Shown: positions 51,621-63,098 of the stretch, piece by piece
Numbering within the stretch: position 1 is the first letter of the stretch
How the letters are laid out: every line of letters begins with the position of its first letter
Assembly: GCA_030390025.1 (NCBI GenBank)
Contig: CM059425.1
Span: forward strand, 164,860,001 to 164,924,000
Reading direction: 5' to 3'
Length of the DNA: 64,000 bases
From: Squalus acanthias
Taxonomy: Eukaryota
Made by a program: the position numbers and the translations under genes
The notes under the pieces: generated by a model
Seen by the model: the letters and a program-made list of their open reading frames with translations, nothing else
Databases searched by the model: none
Told to the model about the DNA's origin: nothing

Positions 51621-54600
51621 TGTGGAAATGACTTATGAAATAATACTGGGCAGCCTGCTGGTGGCGCTGTCCAGGTAGAGTATAAATACTCGGGCATGGG
51701 CCCAGCTTGCTCAGGACATTCTTTAACAGGAACTAGTGAAGGACACAACTAGATCTCCATGTTGAAAAACAGTTGATTAAAGCCTTGTTTAATACTCAGA
51801 CCAAGTGCCTAGTAGTTTTCTTATGTCAATTTAATCAACTGCAACCTGCTCCACGCTCTGAGTGATTTTGGGAACAGACGGCTACGACTCAAACTGTAGA
51901 AGGGACTCAGACATAGTAATCAATCCATCATGGAGACACTACTCAGACCCGCCCGTCTTGATCTGGACCCGAATTCACCTATAGCTGCTAAGGTATGGAA
52001 ACACTGGTATCGTACCTTCAGCAACTTCCTCGAGGAATGTGGTGAGAATGTTCCTAATAAGTTATGAATGCTTACCAATTATGTATCCCCTCATGTGTTT
52101 GACTATATCGAAGACTGTGTAGACTATGACTCCGCTATCCAAACACTACAGCAACTATATGTTAAGGCCCCAAACAAAATTTTTGCTCGGCACCTACTGG
52201 CCACAACTCGACAACAACCCGGGGTATCACTTGACGATTTCCTTCAAGAGCTTCGCAGGCTCAGCAAAGATTGTAATCTCAAAGCTGTCTCAGCTGAGCA
52301 GTACCGGGAGGAATTAATTCGTGACTCTTTTATTAACGGAATTGCTTCTCCCCTCATATGCCAGCGTCTGTTGGAGAATAAAACCCTCGGGTTACAAGCT
52401 GCCTATAACCAGGCATATTCTCTGGACTTAGCTCAAAAAAATTCAGATGCCTATTTTTTACCACATGCACGGCCACAGCTACCACTTTTAGTGACTCCTC
52501 CGGTAAGCCTCAGGCGGAAGCCCTCACTGATGACGACCCTACCCTAGCGGCATCTTGGCAATCTAAAATGAAGTGTTTCTTCTGTGGAGGTGCATTCCAC
52601 TATAGGAAATTTTGTCCTGCTCGTAATGCAACCTGCAATCATTGCAGTAAGAAAGGTCACTTTTCTAAGGTATGCCGGTCAAGAGATTCTATGAGTGTTA
52701 CAGCTGCTATCTATAAAACTGCTCCTCCTCCCATCACAGCTGTTTTTCCCCAAAGCCTGTCCCATGCAGCCACGAGGGTCTCGGTAAATGGACACATTTT
52801 GAGTGCATTAATCGACTCATGTAGCTCTGACAGCTTCATTATTGAGCGGGCTGTCAGTAAGTTAAAACTGCGTATTTACCCCTCGGACAGGGAAATTGCA
52901 ATGGCTCTGACGACACTGACCACTAACTCTTCCGGCTTTTGTCTTGTCGACCTTATTCTCAATGGCCGCACTTATTTCTCCACCCGGCTTGGGGTGCTCA
53001 AAAACCTATGCAGTGATGTGCTCCTGGGACAGGATTTCCAGAAACAACACGAACGACTCACTTTCGAGTTTGGCGGGTCAAAGCCGGAGCTTACTATTTC
53101 CAAAGTACCGTTTTGTGCGCTTTCGGCGGCTTCGCTCGACGAGCCCTCCTTGTTTGCCAATCTTTCCCCCCGATGTAAGCCCATAGCCACTAAATCATGA
53201 CGTTTCAGCCAAGATGACCTATCCTTTATCGAGGCAGAGATCTCTCGCCTTCTAGCTGACGGTATCATTGAGCCATGTTCATCTTCCTGGCGGGCTCAAG
53301 TCGTCATTGTTAAAAATCCTGTGAAGCATCACAAGAAACATCTTTGCATCGATTACTCGCAAACTATTAACCAGTATACCGACCTGGATGCCTACCCACT
53401 ACCACGCATCGATGACATGGTCAATAACCTTGCCAACTTCAGGGTATTTTCAACTTTTGACTTAAAGAGCACATACCATCAAGTACCATTAAAGGACTCT
53501 GACAAAAAGTATGCAGCCTTTGAGGCCAATGGTCGGCTTTACCAGTTTTGTCGCCTTCCATTTGGGGTCACCAATGGGGTGGCCGTCTTTCAACGGGCAA
53601 TGGATAGCCTAGTCAAACAGGAGAACTTAACGAACACTTTTCCATATCTGGATAATATCACCATTGCTGGTCATGACCAGAAGGAGCATGATGCCAACCT
53701 CCAGAAATTTCTTGACGTTCTCCGTCGTCGCAGCTTAACCTTAAATGAGTCCAAATCTGTGAAATCAGTGCCATCAGTCAACATCCTTGGCTACTGGGTG
53801 GGCAATGATGTCATCAAACCGGATCCGGAGCGACTTCGTCCGCTTCAGGAGCTCCCTCCTCCTACGAATCTCAGCTCTCTTCGTCGGGCCCTCGGCATGT
53901 TCGCCTATTATGCGAAGTGGATACCCCACTTTTCCGACAAGATCCAGCCCCTGCTTCACGCGAAGTCATTTCCGTTGGAGGCGAGGGCTATTTCAGCTTT
54001 CGACCTCCTCAAGCAACAACTGGAAAAAGCCACGCTTCATTCCATCGATGAAAATCTCCCTTTCGTGGTCGAGTGCGATGCATCAGAGGTGGCGATCTCG
54101 GCTACCTTGAATCAAGGCAGTCAACCCGTTGCATTTCTGTCCAGAACTTTGCAGGGTAGCGAGCTCCATTATCCTCCTGTCGAGAAGGAGGCTACGGCTA
54201 TCATCGAAGCAGTACGTAAATGGAGTCATTTTATCGCTCGTCACCATTTCACGCTAATAACCGATCAGCGCTCTGTGGCCTTTATGCTGGATAACCGGAA
54301 ACGCACTAAGGTCAAGAATAACAAAATACAGCTCTGGAGGATGGAATTGGCCACCTTTGGCTACATCATACATTATCGACCCGGCAAAGAGAATGTGGCC
54401 CCGGATACCCTCACGCGTGCATTCTGCTCTTCCATGTCAACTTCGACTATTGCGGATCTTCATACTGACTTGTGCCATCCTGGCATTACCCGTATGTTTC
54501 ACTTTGTGCGATCTAAAAATCTCCCATTTTCTACGGAAGACGTGAAAAGAACATGCTCCACTTGTAGAATTTGCGCGGAATTAAAACCACAATTCTTCCG

Positions 54601-55988
54601 TCCGTCGGATGGCTCGCTCATACACGCTATACAGCCTATGCAGCGACTCAGCATTGACTTTAAAGAGCCATTGCCTTCCTCAACGCGAAACACCTACTTG
54701 CTTACTATGGTGGACGAATATTCACACTTTCCCTTTGCTTTCCCCTGTCCCAATATGCTTACTTCCACAGTGATCAAATGCCTCGATCAGGTCTTTTCCC
54801 TTTGCGGTATGGCCAATTTCATCCACTCTGATCGGGGTCCCTCCTTCATGTCAAGCGAACTCAAAAGTTATCTTTCCCAACGGGGAATTGCCACAAGTAA
54901 AACGACACCGTATCATCCTATTAGAAACGGACAGGTTGAGAGATACAACGCTATCATTTGGAACGTTGTTCGTCTCGCCTGAGGTCACACAACCTATCAG
55001 GCCAGCAGTGGGAAACTATGCTCCCTGACGCGTTGCATTCCATCAGGTCTCTTCTTTCTACATCCACCAATGCTACTCCTCACGAACGATTCTTCGGGTT
55101 CCAGCGTCGCTCCACTCATGGGACGTCTCTACCATCATGGTTGGCAGCTCCTGGCCCCGTGCTGCTCCGAAGATTCGTCCGATCCTCCAAGAGTGATCCC
55201 CTCGTCGACGAAGTGGAACTGACGGATATCAATCCCACGTACGCGTATGTGCGGTACACTGATGGCCAGGAATCCACAGTGTCACTTCGGGATCTGGCTC
55301 CCTGCCCAATCGGTCCCACGGACCCAATCGATAGTGGGATCCGTATTAATGACGCCGATACCCTGCGCTCCTCTGAGGATGATGCCCTACCCGGGACGTC
55401 AAGGGATCTGCCAACTATTCCGCCGGATCAACCCGGGGAACAGAGCGCTCCCCGCAGGATGGCCACCCGAAGCCAGGACGCCGGTCGGTCACTGACTACT
55501 GAGCAGGGTGAAGCCAGCTCTGTGCCGGTGGGGGCCCGCAACCGGAGCCACGATCTCCCCAGTCCCCCTCAGGTCGATCAAGGTGACACGGACTCTGCCA
55601 GCCCGCCGGTACGAACCAAGCGATCCAGGGACCAAAACACGGTCCGAGGAGACGTGCCTTCCGGCCTCCAACGGAGATCCAAACGACTGCGTCTATTCTT
55701 AGTCCGATTAATTCGGTAGAAGGAAGCCGCCGGACTTCCAATCTTTCAGGCGGGAAGAATGACATGAATCTTGTCATTCATGTGGAAATGACTTATGAAA
55801 TAATACTGGGCAGCCTGCTGGTGGCGCTGTCCAGGGAGAGTATAAATACTCGGGCATGGGCCCCGCTTGCTCAGGACATTCTTTAACAGGAACTAGTGAA
55901 GGACACAACTAGATCTCCATGTTGAAAAACAGTTGATTAAAGCCTTGTTTAACGCTTAGACCAAGTGCCTAGTAGTTTTCTTACGTCA
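51621..55988 (+). mobile_element. Ty3/Gypsy LTR retrotransposon, full length, mildly decayed
   Basis: LTRs 51621-51828 and 55760-55988 (6 differences over the shared 208 bp), PPT aggcgggaagaa at 55748-55759, gag-PR-RT-RH-IN order, flanks cac/cac, inserted in CR1 ORF2. Confidence 0.97.
51930..55719 (+). pseudogene. Gypsy gag-pol polyprotein, disrupted
   Basis: METLLRPARLDLDPNSP..AK.WKHW gag start, two Zn knuckles, protease LIDSCS, RT YLDN, RNase H CDAS/EKEA/TDQ, integrase HHCC and IHSDRG..VERYN; in-frame TGA stops at 52065 and 53198 plus frameshifts. Confidence 0.93.
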
Positions 55989-57242
55989 CACTGCATCTGT
56001 CTTTATCAAAGAAAAAGATGCTGCCAAAGTCATAGTGAAAGAGGAGGTAGTTGAGATACTGGATGGGATAAAAATTGATAAGGAGGAGATACTAGAAAGG
56101 CTGGCTGTATTTAAAGTAGATAAGTCACTAGGACCGGATGGGATGCATCCTAGGCTGCTGAGGGAAGTAAAGGTGGAATTTGCGGAGGTACTCTCCATAA
56201 TCATCCAATCCTCCTTGGATACGTGGCTGGTGCTTTTATAAATGATAATCTGGGACAAAATTAACAGTCACTTGGACAAGTATGGATTAATTAAGGAAAG
56301 CCAGCATGGATTTGTTAAAGGCAAATCGTGTTTAACTAACTTGATTGAGTTTTTTGATGAGGTAACAGAGAGGGTTGATGAGGGCAATGCGGTTGATGTG
56401 GTGTACATGGACTTCCAAAAGACGTCGGATAAAGTGCCACATAATAGGCTTGCCAGCAACTTTGAAGCCCATGGAATAAAAGGGACAGTGGCAGCATGGA
56501 TATGAAATTGGCTAAGTGACAGGAAACAGAGATTAGTGGTAAATGGTTGTTTTTCGGACTGGAGGAAGATATACAGTGGTGTTCCCCAGGGGTCAGTACT
56601 AGAACCACTGCTTTTCTTGATACATATTAATGACTTAGACTTGGGTGTACAGGGCACAATTTCAAAATTTGTAGATGACACAAAACTTGGAAGTATAGTG
56701 AACAGTAAGGAGGATAGTGATAGACTTCAAGAAGACATAAAAGACTGGTGGAATGGGCGGACACATGGCAGATGAAATTTAACGCAGAAAAGTGTGAAGT
56801 GATACATTTTGGTAGGAAGAACGAGGAGAGGCAATATAAACTAAAGGGTACAATTATAAAGTGGGTGCATGAACAGAGAGACCTGGAGGTATATGTGCAC
56901 AAATCATTGAAGGTGGCAGGGCAGGTTGAGAAATCGGTTAAAAAAACATACAGGATCCTGGGCTTCATAAATAGAGGCATAGAGTACAAAAGCAAGGAAG
57001 TTATGATGAACCTTTATAAAACACTGGTTCGTCCTCAACTGGAGTACTGTGTCCAATTCTGGGCACCGCACTTTAGGAAGGATGTGAAGGCCTCAGAGAG
57101 GGTGCAGAAAAGATTTACAAGAATGGTTCCAGGGATGAAGAACTTCAGTTACGTGGATAGACTGGATAAGCTGGGGTTGTTCTCCTTAGAGCAGAGAAGA
57201 TTGAGAGGAGATTTGATAGAGGTGTTCAAAATCATGAGGGGT

Positions 57243-58515
57243 TGAGGGGATAATTACTAGTCCTAGCCCCTTTAGGGCTACCCCGGATCAGGCGTATTCC
57301 TCAGACGTTCACCTTCAACTAAAGTTTGAGGTAGCCGAATCCTAAAGACGCTTAATTGGGTCTCAAGGTCCAGACTATCTCTCCCTAAAGGAAAGGAACA
57401 ACCTGAAGATGTTACCGTCCTCCAGATAGCACTTTTAATAAGGTTAGCTAGACTGTAACGTTCCGGATATTATGAGGGTCCGGAAAACTCCCTCAGAATT
57501 CTGCAACTCCTCACCAAAGAGCGTACAGAGATTGAGTTCGCGAGTTTGATACAGAAGTATTATGAGACAATTCTAAAAATATATAGATTTATTAAAGAAC
57601 CGACATGTAATTACAGTAGGTGTTTCAATCGCAACATTAACAATTCCAAAAAGAGCAAGCTTTTACAATCTTATTATCAGAGATCCTTATTCTCAAATCT
57701 TAACTTCGTTACATTTTTACAGTCTTATTCCAGGATATCCACCAAAATCAAATACAGTACAATACCTTGATCCCCGAGGTATAAAGAGTTGTAGACTTAT
57801 AGAGCTTGCCTCTGAAGCCTGAGAATCGCTTTGCCCCTTTACAGTAAATCTATCATCCCATTTAAAAGTTCAATATTTATATCCTTTCTCAGTGGTATTT
57901 CCTTTGAAGTTTTCTGCTGATGTAAGCTAATTATCTCTAGTCATTTTTCTGCTGACCCTGCTATTCTTACAGTCCTTTCAGCTGGTAGCATTAAGAATTA
58001 TATCTCTACCCTAGGTGTTCGAAGCTCACCATACAAATGATGTAACAGCAGGTGCATCTATTTGATGTCATTCTTACCAAGGTCTTCTGTTTGTGTCTTT
58101 TTACGACATGTAAATTAAAACGCCTCAACCAGGGTGATCTATGCAATTCTTAGTTACCTCAGCTGTCTGCAACACAGAATCGTGTCTCCTGTGTTTCATT
58201 TGATGTCATTTTTACGAAGGCATATGTTTCTTAATTTTCTGTGTTTCTTTCCAAAGTGTAATTTAGGACACCTTAACAGGGTGTACCATTGTGTTCTTTC
58301 CAAAGCTTCAGACTTCAGGAACTTCCAACCTCCTGTTTCAATAAGGTTATTGATTCAGTGTCAACAACTTATCTTATCTCAATAGCCTGTATGCTGTTTA
58401 CAGCTTTAGATTGTTGAGGCTTCCAGATTTCCAAACCCAGTTTGTCATGGTTTAATAAGGCCAGAATTATTTCATAGAATGGTGTATTTTTCTGAATATG
58501 GCTTATTCCTTCACA
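57243..58515 (-). mobile_element. Solo LTR, 1273 bp
   Basis: TG...CA ends, 4-bp TSD gggt (57239-57242 and 58516-58519); removing it restores the CR1 sequence catgaggggtctagac; TATAAA (~57876-57881) and ATTAAA (~57434-57439) on the minus strand suggest the orientation. Confidence 0.85.
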
Positions 58516-58987
58516 GGGTCTAGACAGAGTAGATAGAGAGAAACTGTTCCCATTGGCGGAAGCGTCGAGAACCAGAGGATGCAGATTTAAGGTGATTGGC
58601 AGAAGAACCAAAGGCGACATGAGGAAAAACTTTTTTATGTAGCGAGTGGTTAGGATCTGGAATTCACTGCCTGAGAGGGGGTGGAGGCAGATTCAATTGT
58701 GGCTTTCCAAAGGGAATTGGATAAGTATCTGAAAGAAAAACATTTGCAGGGCTATGGGGAAAGGGCAGGGGAGTGGGACTAGCTGAAGTGCTCTTGCAGA
58801 GAGCCAGCATGGGCTCGATGGGCCGAATGGCCTCCTTCTGTGCTGTAACCATTCTATGATTCTATGAAATGACCCTCAATGACCCCCTCTGTGAACAAAT
58901 GAAGATCTCTGATACCTGTTGATTGTTTTCTTAGGCTTAAGAACACCCTGGCATGAAACATTTTCAGCATTCATGACAAGTCCCATC

Positions 58988-60503
58988 TCATAAGAACATA
59001 AGAACTTAAGAACGTAAGAATTAGGAACAGGAGTAGGCCATACGGCCGCTCAGGCCTGCTTCGCCATTCAATAAGATCATGGCTGATCTTCGACCTCAAC
59101 TCCACTTTCCCACCCGATCCCAATATCCCTGATTCCCCTAGAGTCCAAAACTCTATCTCAGCCTTGAATATACTCAAAGGGGGAGAAATTCAGTATCGCC
59201 CCATTTGGGGCGCAATTATCGGCCGGGCGCAAAGATTAGCGCCTGGCGCTAATTATCGCCTCCGACTGCAAACTTGACTTTTATCGCCCCTGGAGGTGAT
59301 TGGAGTGCTAAACCAAGCGCTTCACACCTGTCTTAAGGCACAAAGGCCGAGGAGCGAGGCGCTACCTCAGAGCGCTGACGAAGCTCATGTGATGTCAGTC
59401 AGCAATGGAACACACACACTATGGCGCGGGCCAGTTCTTAAAGGGGAGGGTTGATCTTGCTTTCCATCCACATCCTGCTCATTGCAGCCTTGAATCTCGG
59501 CCTGGAGAGACCTGTACATCAAATCTGCTGGAAAGAACAATGGAGAGTACCAGGGAAAGAGCTCAGAGTGCAGCCCCCACAGTCTCTTCTAAATCGATAC
59601 AAGGAAGGGCAAATCAAAATGAACCTGCAAAGTGCTGCTCAGTACCCAAAACTCCTTCACACAGCGTTGAATCTCTCCAGAAGTCTCTCTCTCTCTCTCT
59701 CCCTCAGAATGCGTGGTTCAAAAATGTCACCAACAATAAAAGGCAGGAAGCAGTTGCCTTTAAATAGCGCTCCCCCAGTCCCTTCCTGACTGCAAAACGC
59801 TCCCCTCAACCTGTCGTTGCTAGCGGCAGGCGGTAAGGCAGGGGGCGCCACTCAATATCCGCTCTGGGGCGATACCGGGGCGTTGCGCACTCGACTGACG
59901 TCACAATCTGCCGGCGCAGGAGATCGTGGCGGTAGTGTTTAGCGCCACCGCAAAATGTCTAGTTAATTTCGCGAGCGGCGCAACCATTGCCGCGCCCGGG
60001 CGCTAGCTGCTTTGTGCCCCATTAGCGCCCTCTAAGGCGCTAACGGGAGGCGAAACCAACTGAATTTTTCCCCCAAAGACTCAGCATCCACAGCTCTTTG
60101 GGGTAGAGAATTCCAAAGATTCACAACCCTCTGAGTGAAGAAAATCCTCCTCATCTTGGTCTTAAATGGCCGACCCCTTACCCTAAGACTATGCCCCCTA
60201 GTTCTAGACTCTCCAGCCAGGGGAAACAATCTCTCAGCATCTACCCTGTCAATCCTCCTCAGAATCTCTTATGTTTCAATGAGATCACCTCTCATTTTTC
60301 TTATCTCCAGAAAGTTTAGGCCCAATCTACACAATCCCTCCTCAGAGGACAACCCTCCCATCCCAGGAATCAATCTAGCGAACCTTCATTGCACCCCCTC
60401 TAAAATAAGTATATCCTTTCTCAGATAAGGAGACCAAAACTGTGCACAGTACTCCAGGTGTGGTCTCACCAAAGCCCTGTGCAATTGTAGCAAGACTTCC
60501 TTA
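58988..60503 (-). mobile_element. CR1 LINE 3' fragment split by a Harbinger MITE
   Basis: (TTCTTAYG)n-like tail at ~58990-59020; ORF2 C-terminus resumes at 60075. Confidence 0.9.
59179..60074 (-). mobile_element. Non-autonomous Harbinger-type element (family A, copy 2, inverted)
   Basis: TIR gggggagaaattcagt / actgaatttttccccc; TSD aaa; reverse complement of 21963-22860. Confidence 0.93.
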
Positions 60504-62335
60504 CATAAGAACATAAGAAATAGGAGCAGAAGTAGGCCATTTGGCCCTTTGAGCCTGCTCCACCATTCAATAAGATTATGGCTGATCTTCTACCTCATCT
60601 CCACTTTCCAGCACTATCCTCATCTCAGTCCTAAATGGTCGACCCCTTATTCTGAGACTGTGACCCCTGGTTCTAGACTCCCCAGCTAAGGGAAACATCC
60701 TCCCTGCATCTACCCTGTCAATCCCTGTAAGAATTTTGTATGTTTCAATGTGATCACCTCTCATTCTTCTAAACTCTAGAGAATATAGGCCTGGTCTACT
60801 CAATCTCTCCTCATAGGACAATCCCCCCATCCCAGGACCCAGTCTGGTGAACCTTTGTTGCACTCCCTCTATGGCAAGTATATCCTTCCTTAAATAAAGA
60901 GATCAAAACTGTACACAGTACTCCAGGTGTGGTCTCACCAGGGTCCTATATAATTGCAGTAAGATGTCTTTACTCTTATACTCAAATCCTCTTGTAATAA
61001 AGGCCAACATATCATTTGCTTTCCTAATTGCTTGCTGTACCTGCATGTTAACTTTCAGTGATTCATGTACAAGGACACCCAAGTCCCTCTGAACACCAAC
61101 ATTGTCCAGTGGTGTACCGCAGGGATCGGTGCTGGGTCCTTTGCTGTTTGTAGTGTACATTAATGATTTAGATATGAATGTAGGAGGTATGATCAGTAAG
61201 TTCGCAGATGACATGAAAATTGGTGGAGTGGTAAATAGCGAGGAGGGAAGCCTCATGCTACAGGACGATATAGACGGGTTGGTTAGATGGGTAGAACAGT
61301 GGCAAATGGAATTTAACTCTGAAAAGTGTGGGGTGATGCAATTATATTCCATTTGCCATGTTTTTGCCCACTCACTTAGCCTGTCTATATCCCCTTGAAG
61401 CGTCCTTGCATCCTCCTCACAACTTACATTCCCACCCAGCTTTGTATCATCAGCAATCTTGGATATATTACATTTGGTCCCCTCATCCAAATCATTGAGA
61501 TAGATTGTGAATAGCTGAGGCCCAAGCACTTATCCTTGCAGTACCCCACTGGTTACAGCCTGCCAACCCAAAAATGACCCGTTTATTCCTACTCTCTGTT
61601 TTCTGTCCGTTAACCAATCCTCAATCCATGCTTGTATATTACCCCCAATCCCATGAACCCTAATTTTGTTTAATAACCTCTTGTGTGGCACTTCTGAAAA
61701 TCCAAATACACCACATCCACTGGTTCCCCCTTATTTATTCTGCTAGTTACAACCTCAAAATACTCTAGCAGATTTGTCAAACACGATTCCCCTTTCATAA
61801 ATCCGTGTTGACTCTGCCCAATCCTATTATTATTTTCTAAGTGCCCTGTTACCATGTCCTTAATAATAGATTCTAGCATTTTCCCTACTACTGATGTCAG
61901 GCTAACTGGTCTGCTGTTCCCCGTTTTCTTTCTCCCTCCTTTCTTAAATAGTAGGGTTACATTTGATACCGCAGGAACTGTTCTAGAATCTATGGAATTT
62001 TGGAAGATGACAACCAATGCATCCACTATCTCAATAGCCACCTCTTACAAAACCCTAGGATGTAGGCCATCAGGTCTAGGGGATTTATTGGCTTTCATTC
62101 CCATTAATTTCTCCAGTACTATTTTTTTACTAATACTAATTTCTTTCAGTTCCTCATTCTCACTAGACCCTTGGTTCTCCACTATTTCTGGGAAGTTTTT
62201 GCGTCTTCTTCCGTGAAGACAGACACAAAATATTTGTTTAATTTCTCTGCCATTTCCTTATTCCCCATTATAATTTCTCCTGTCTCAGCCTGTAAGGGAC
62301 CCACATTTACTTTCGCTAATCTTTTCCTTTTTCCT
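60504..62335 (-). mobile_element. CR1 LINE 3' half containing an inverted foreign CR1 segment
   Basis: (TTCTTATG)n tail at 60504, RT motifs to ~62330; plus-strand CR1 RT piece at ~61101-61340. Confidence 0.9.
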
Positions 62336-62863
62336 TTTCCTTACTCTTGTACTCCAATCCCCTTATAATAAAGACCAACATGCCATTTGCCATTTTCTCT
62401 TTAATTGTAAGTGAGGAAACCTCTGTGTTTATTTGTGTCATATTTATGAATTCCCCAGATTGCCGATGAAGCATTCAGAATTCAAACTTATTGTCCTGAT
62501 CTCCAGGTCATTAATCAGGTAATTCAATCACTACAGTTCTCCGGGTAAAACAAATGAAGAATGAAAAGAGTAATAAAAAGGAATTAAAGTAAGAGATAGA
62601 ATAGAAAAGAAGAAAATATTACAAGAATATTTTTAATTAATCTTTAAAAAGTTCGCAAAAGAATGAAAAAGAAATGAAATAGTTTCCTACATATGTGCAA
62701 CATTTTTAAAGCCTTTTCATTTATTCACTAATTGGAAAGTACTACAGTATTCCATCCATTATTTTCTTCCCATGCACAAATACAAACACAAAAAAATCCC
62801 TAGTAGTGGAACTTTTGAACCTTTCTGAATGTCATTGAGCAACCCTGGTGAGTTTTGTACACC

Positions 62864-63098
62864 TAGGAACATAGGAACATAGGGACAGGAGTAGGCCATT
62901 TTGCCCCTCGAGCCTGTTCTGCCATTCAATGGCTGATCTGCGACCTAACTCCATATAACTGCCTTTGCCCCATATCCCTTAATACCTTTTGTTCACAAAA
63001 ATCTCAGTTTAAAAATCTATCAATCTTAGATTTAAAATTCCAGCTTCAATTCTCATTTGTGAAAGAGAGTTCCAAATGTCTACCACCCTTTGTGTGTA
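62864..63098 (-). mobile_element. CR1 3' end fragment with (TTCCTATG)n tail
   Basis: taggaacataggaacataggg followed by the CR1 terminal hairpin sequence. Confidence 0.85.

Larger units (their letters stand above)
48730..58867 (+). mobile_element. Originally full-length CR1 LINE with internal deletions and four nested insertions
   Basis: 5' UTR, ORF1 start MAGHLGPVECTS..MWEL..HMCRKC at 49176, endonuclease pieces (YRPP, GDFN), RT pieces 55992-57242, 3' end 58516-58867 with (ATTCTATG)n tail; 5' boundary approximate. Confidence 0.88.

Noticed and set aside
51653..51670. CTCF-like site in the Gypsy LTR (gcctgctggtggcgctg)
   Set aside because: Mismatch at a normally conserved core position; cannot be supported without a PWM scan or ChIP data.
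60903..61529. 208-aa ORF as a novel RT variant
   Set aside because: Chance read-through across an inverted CR1 insert; the middle part is antisense RT sequence.
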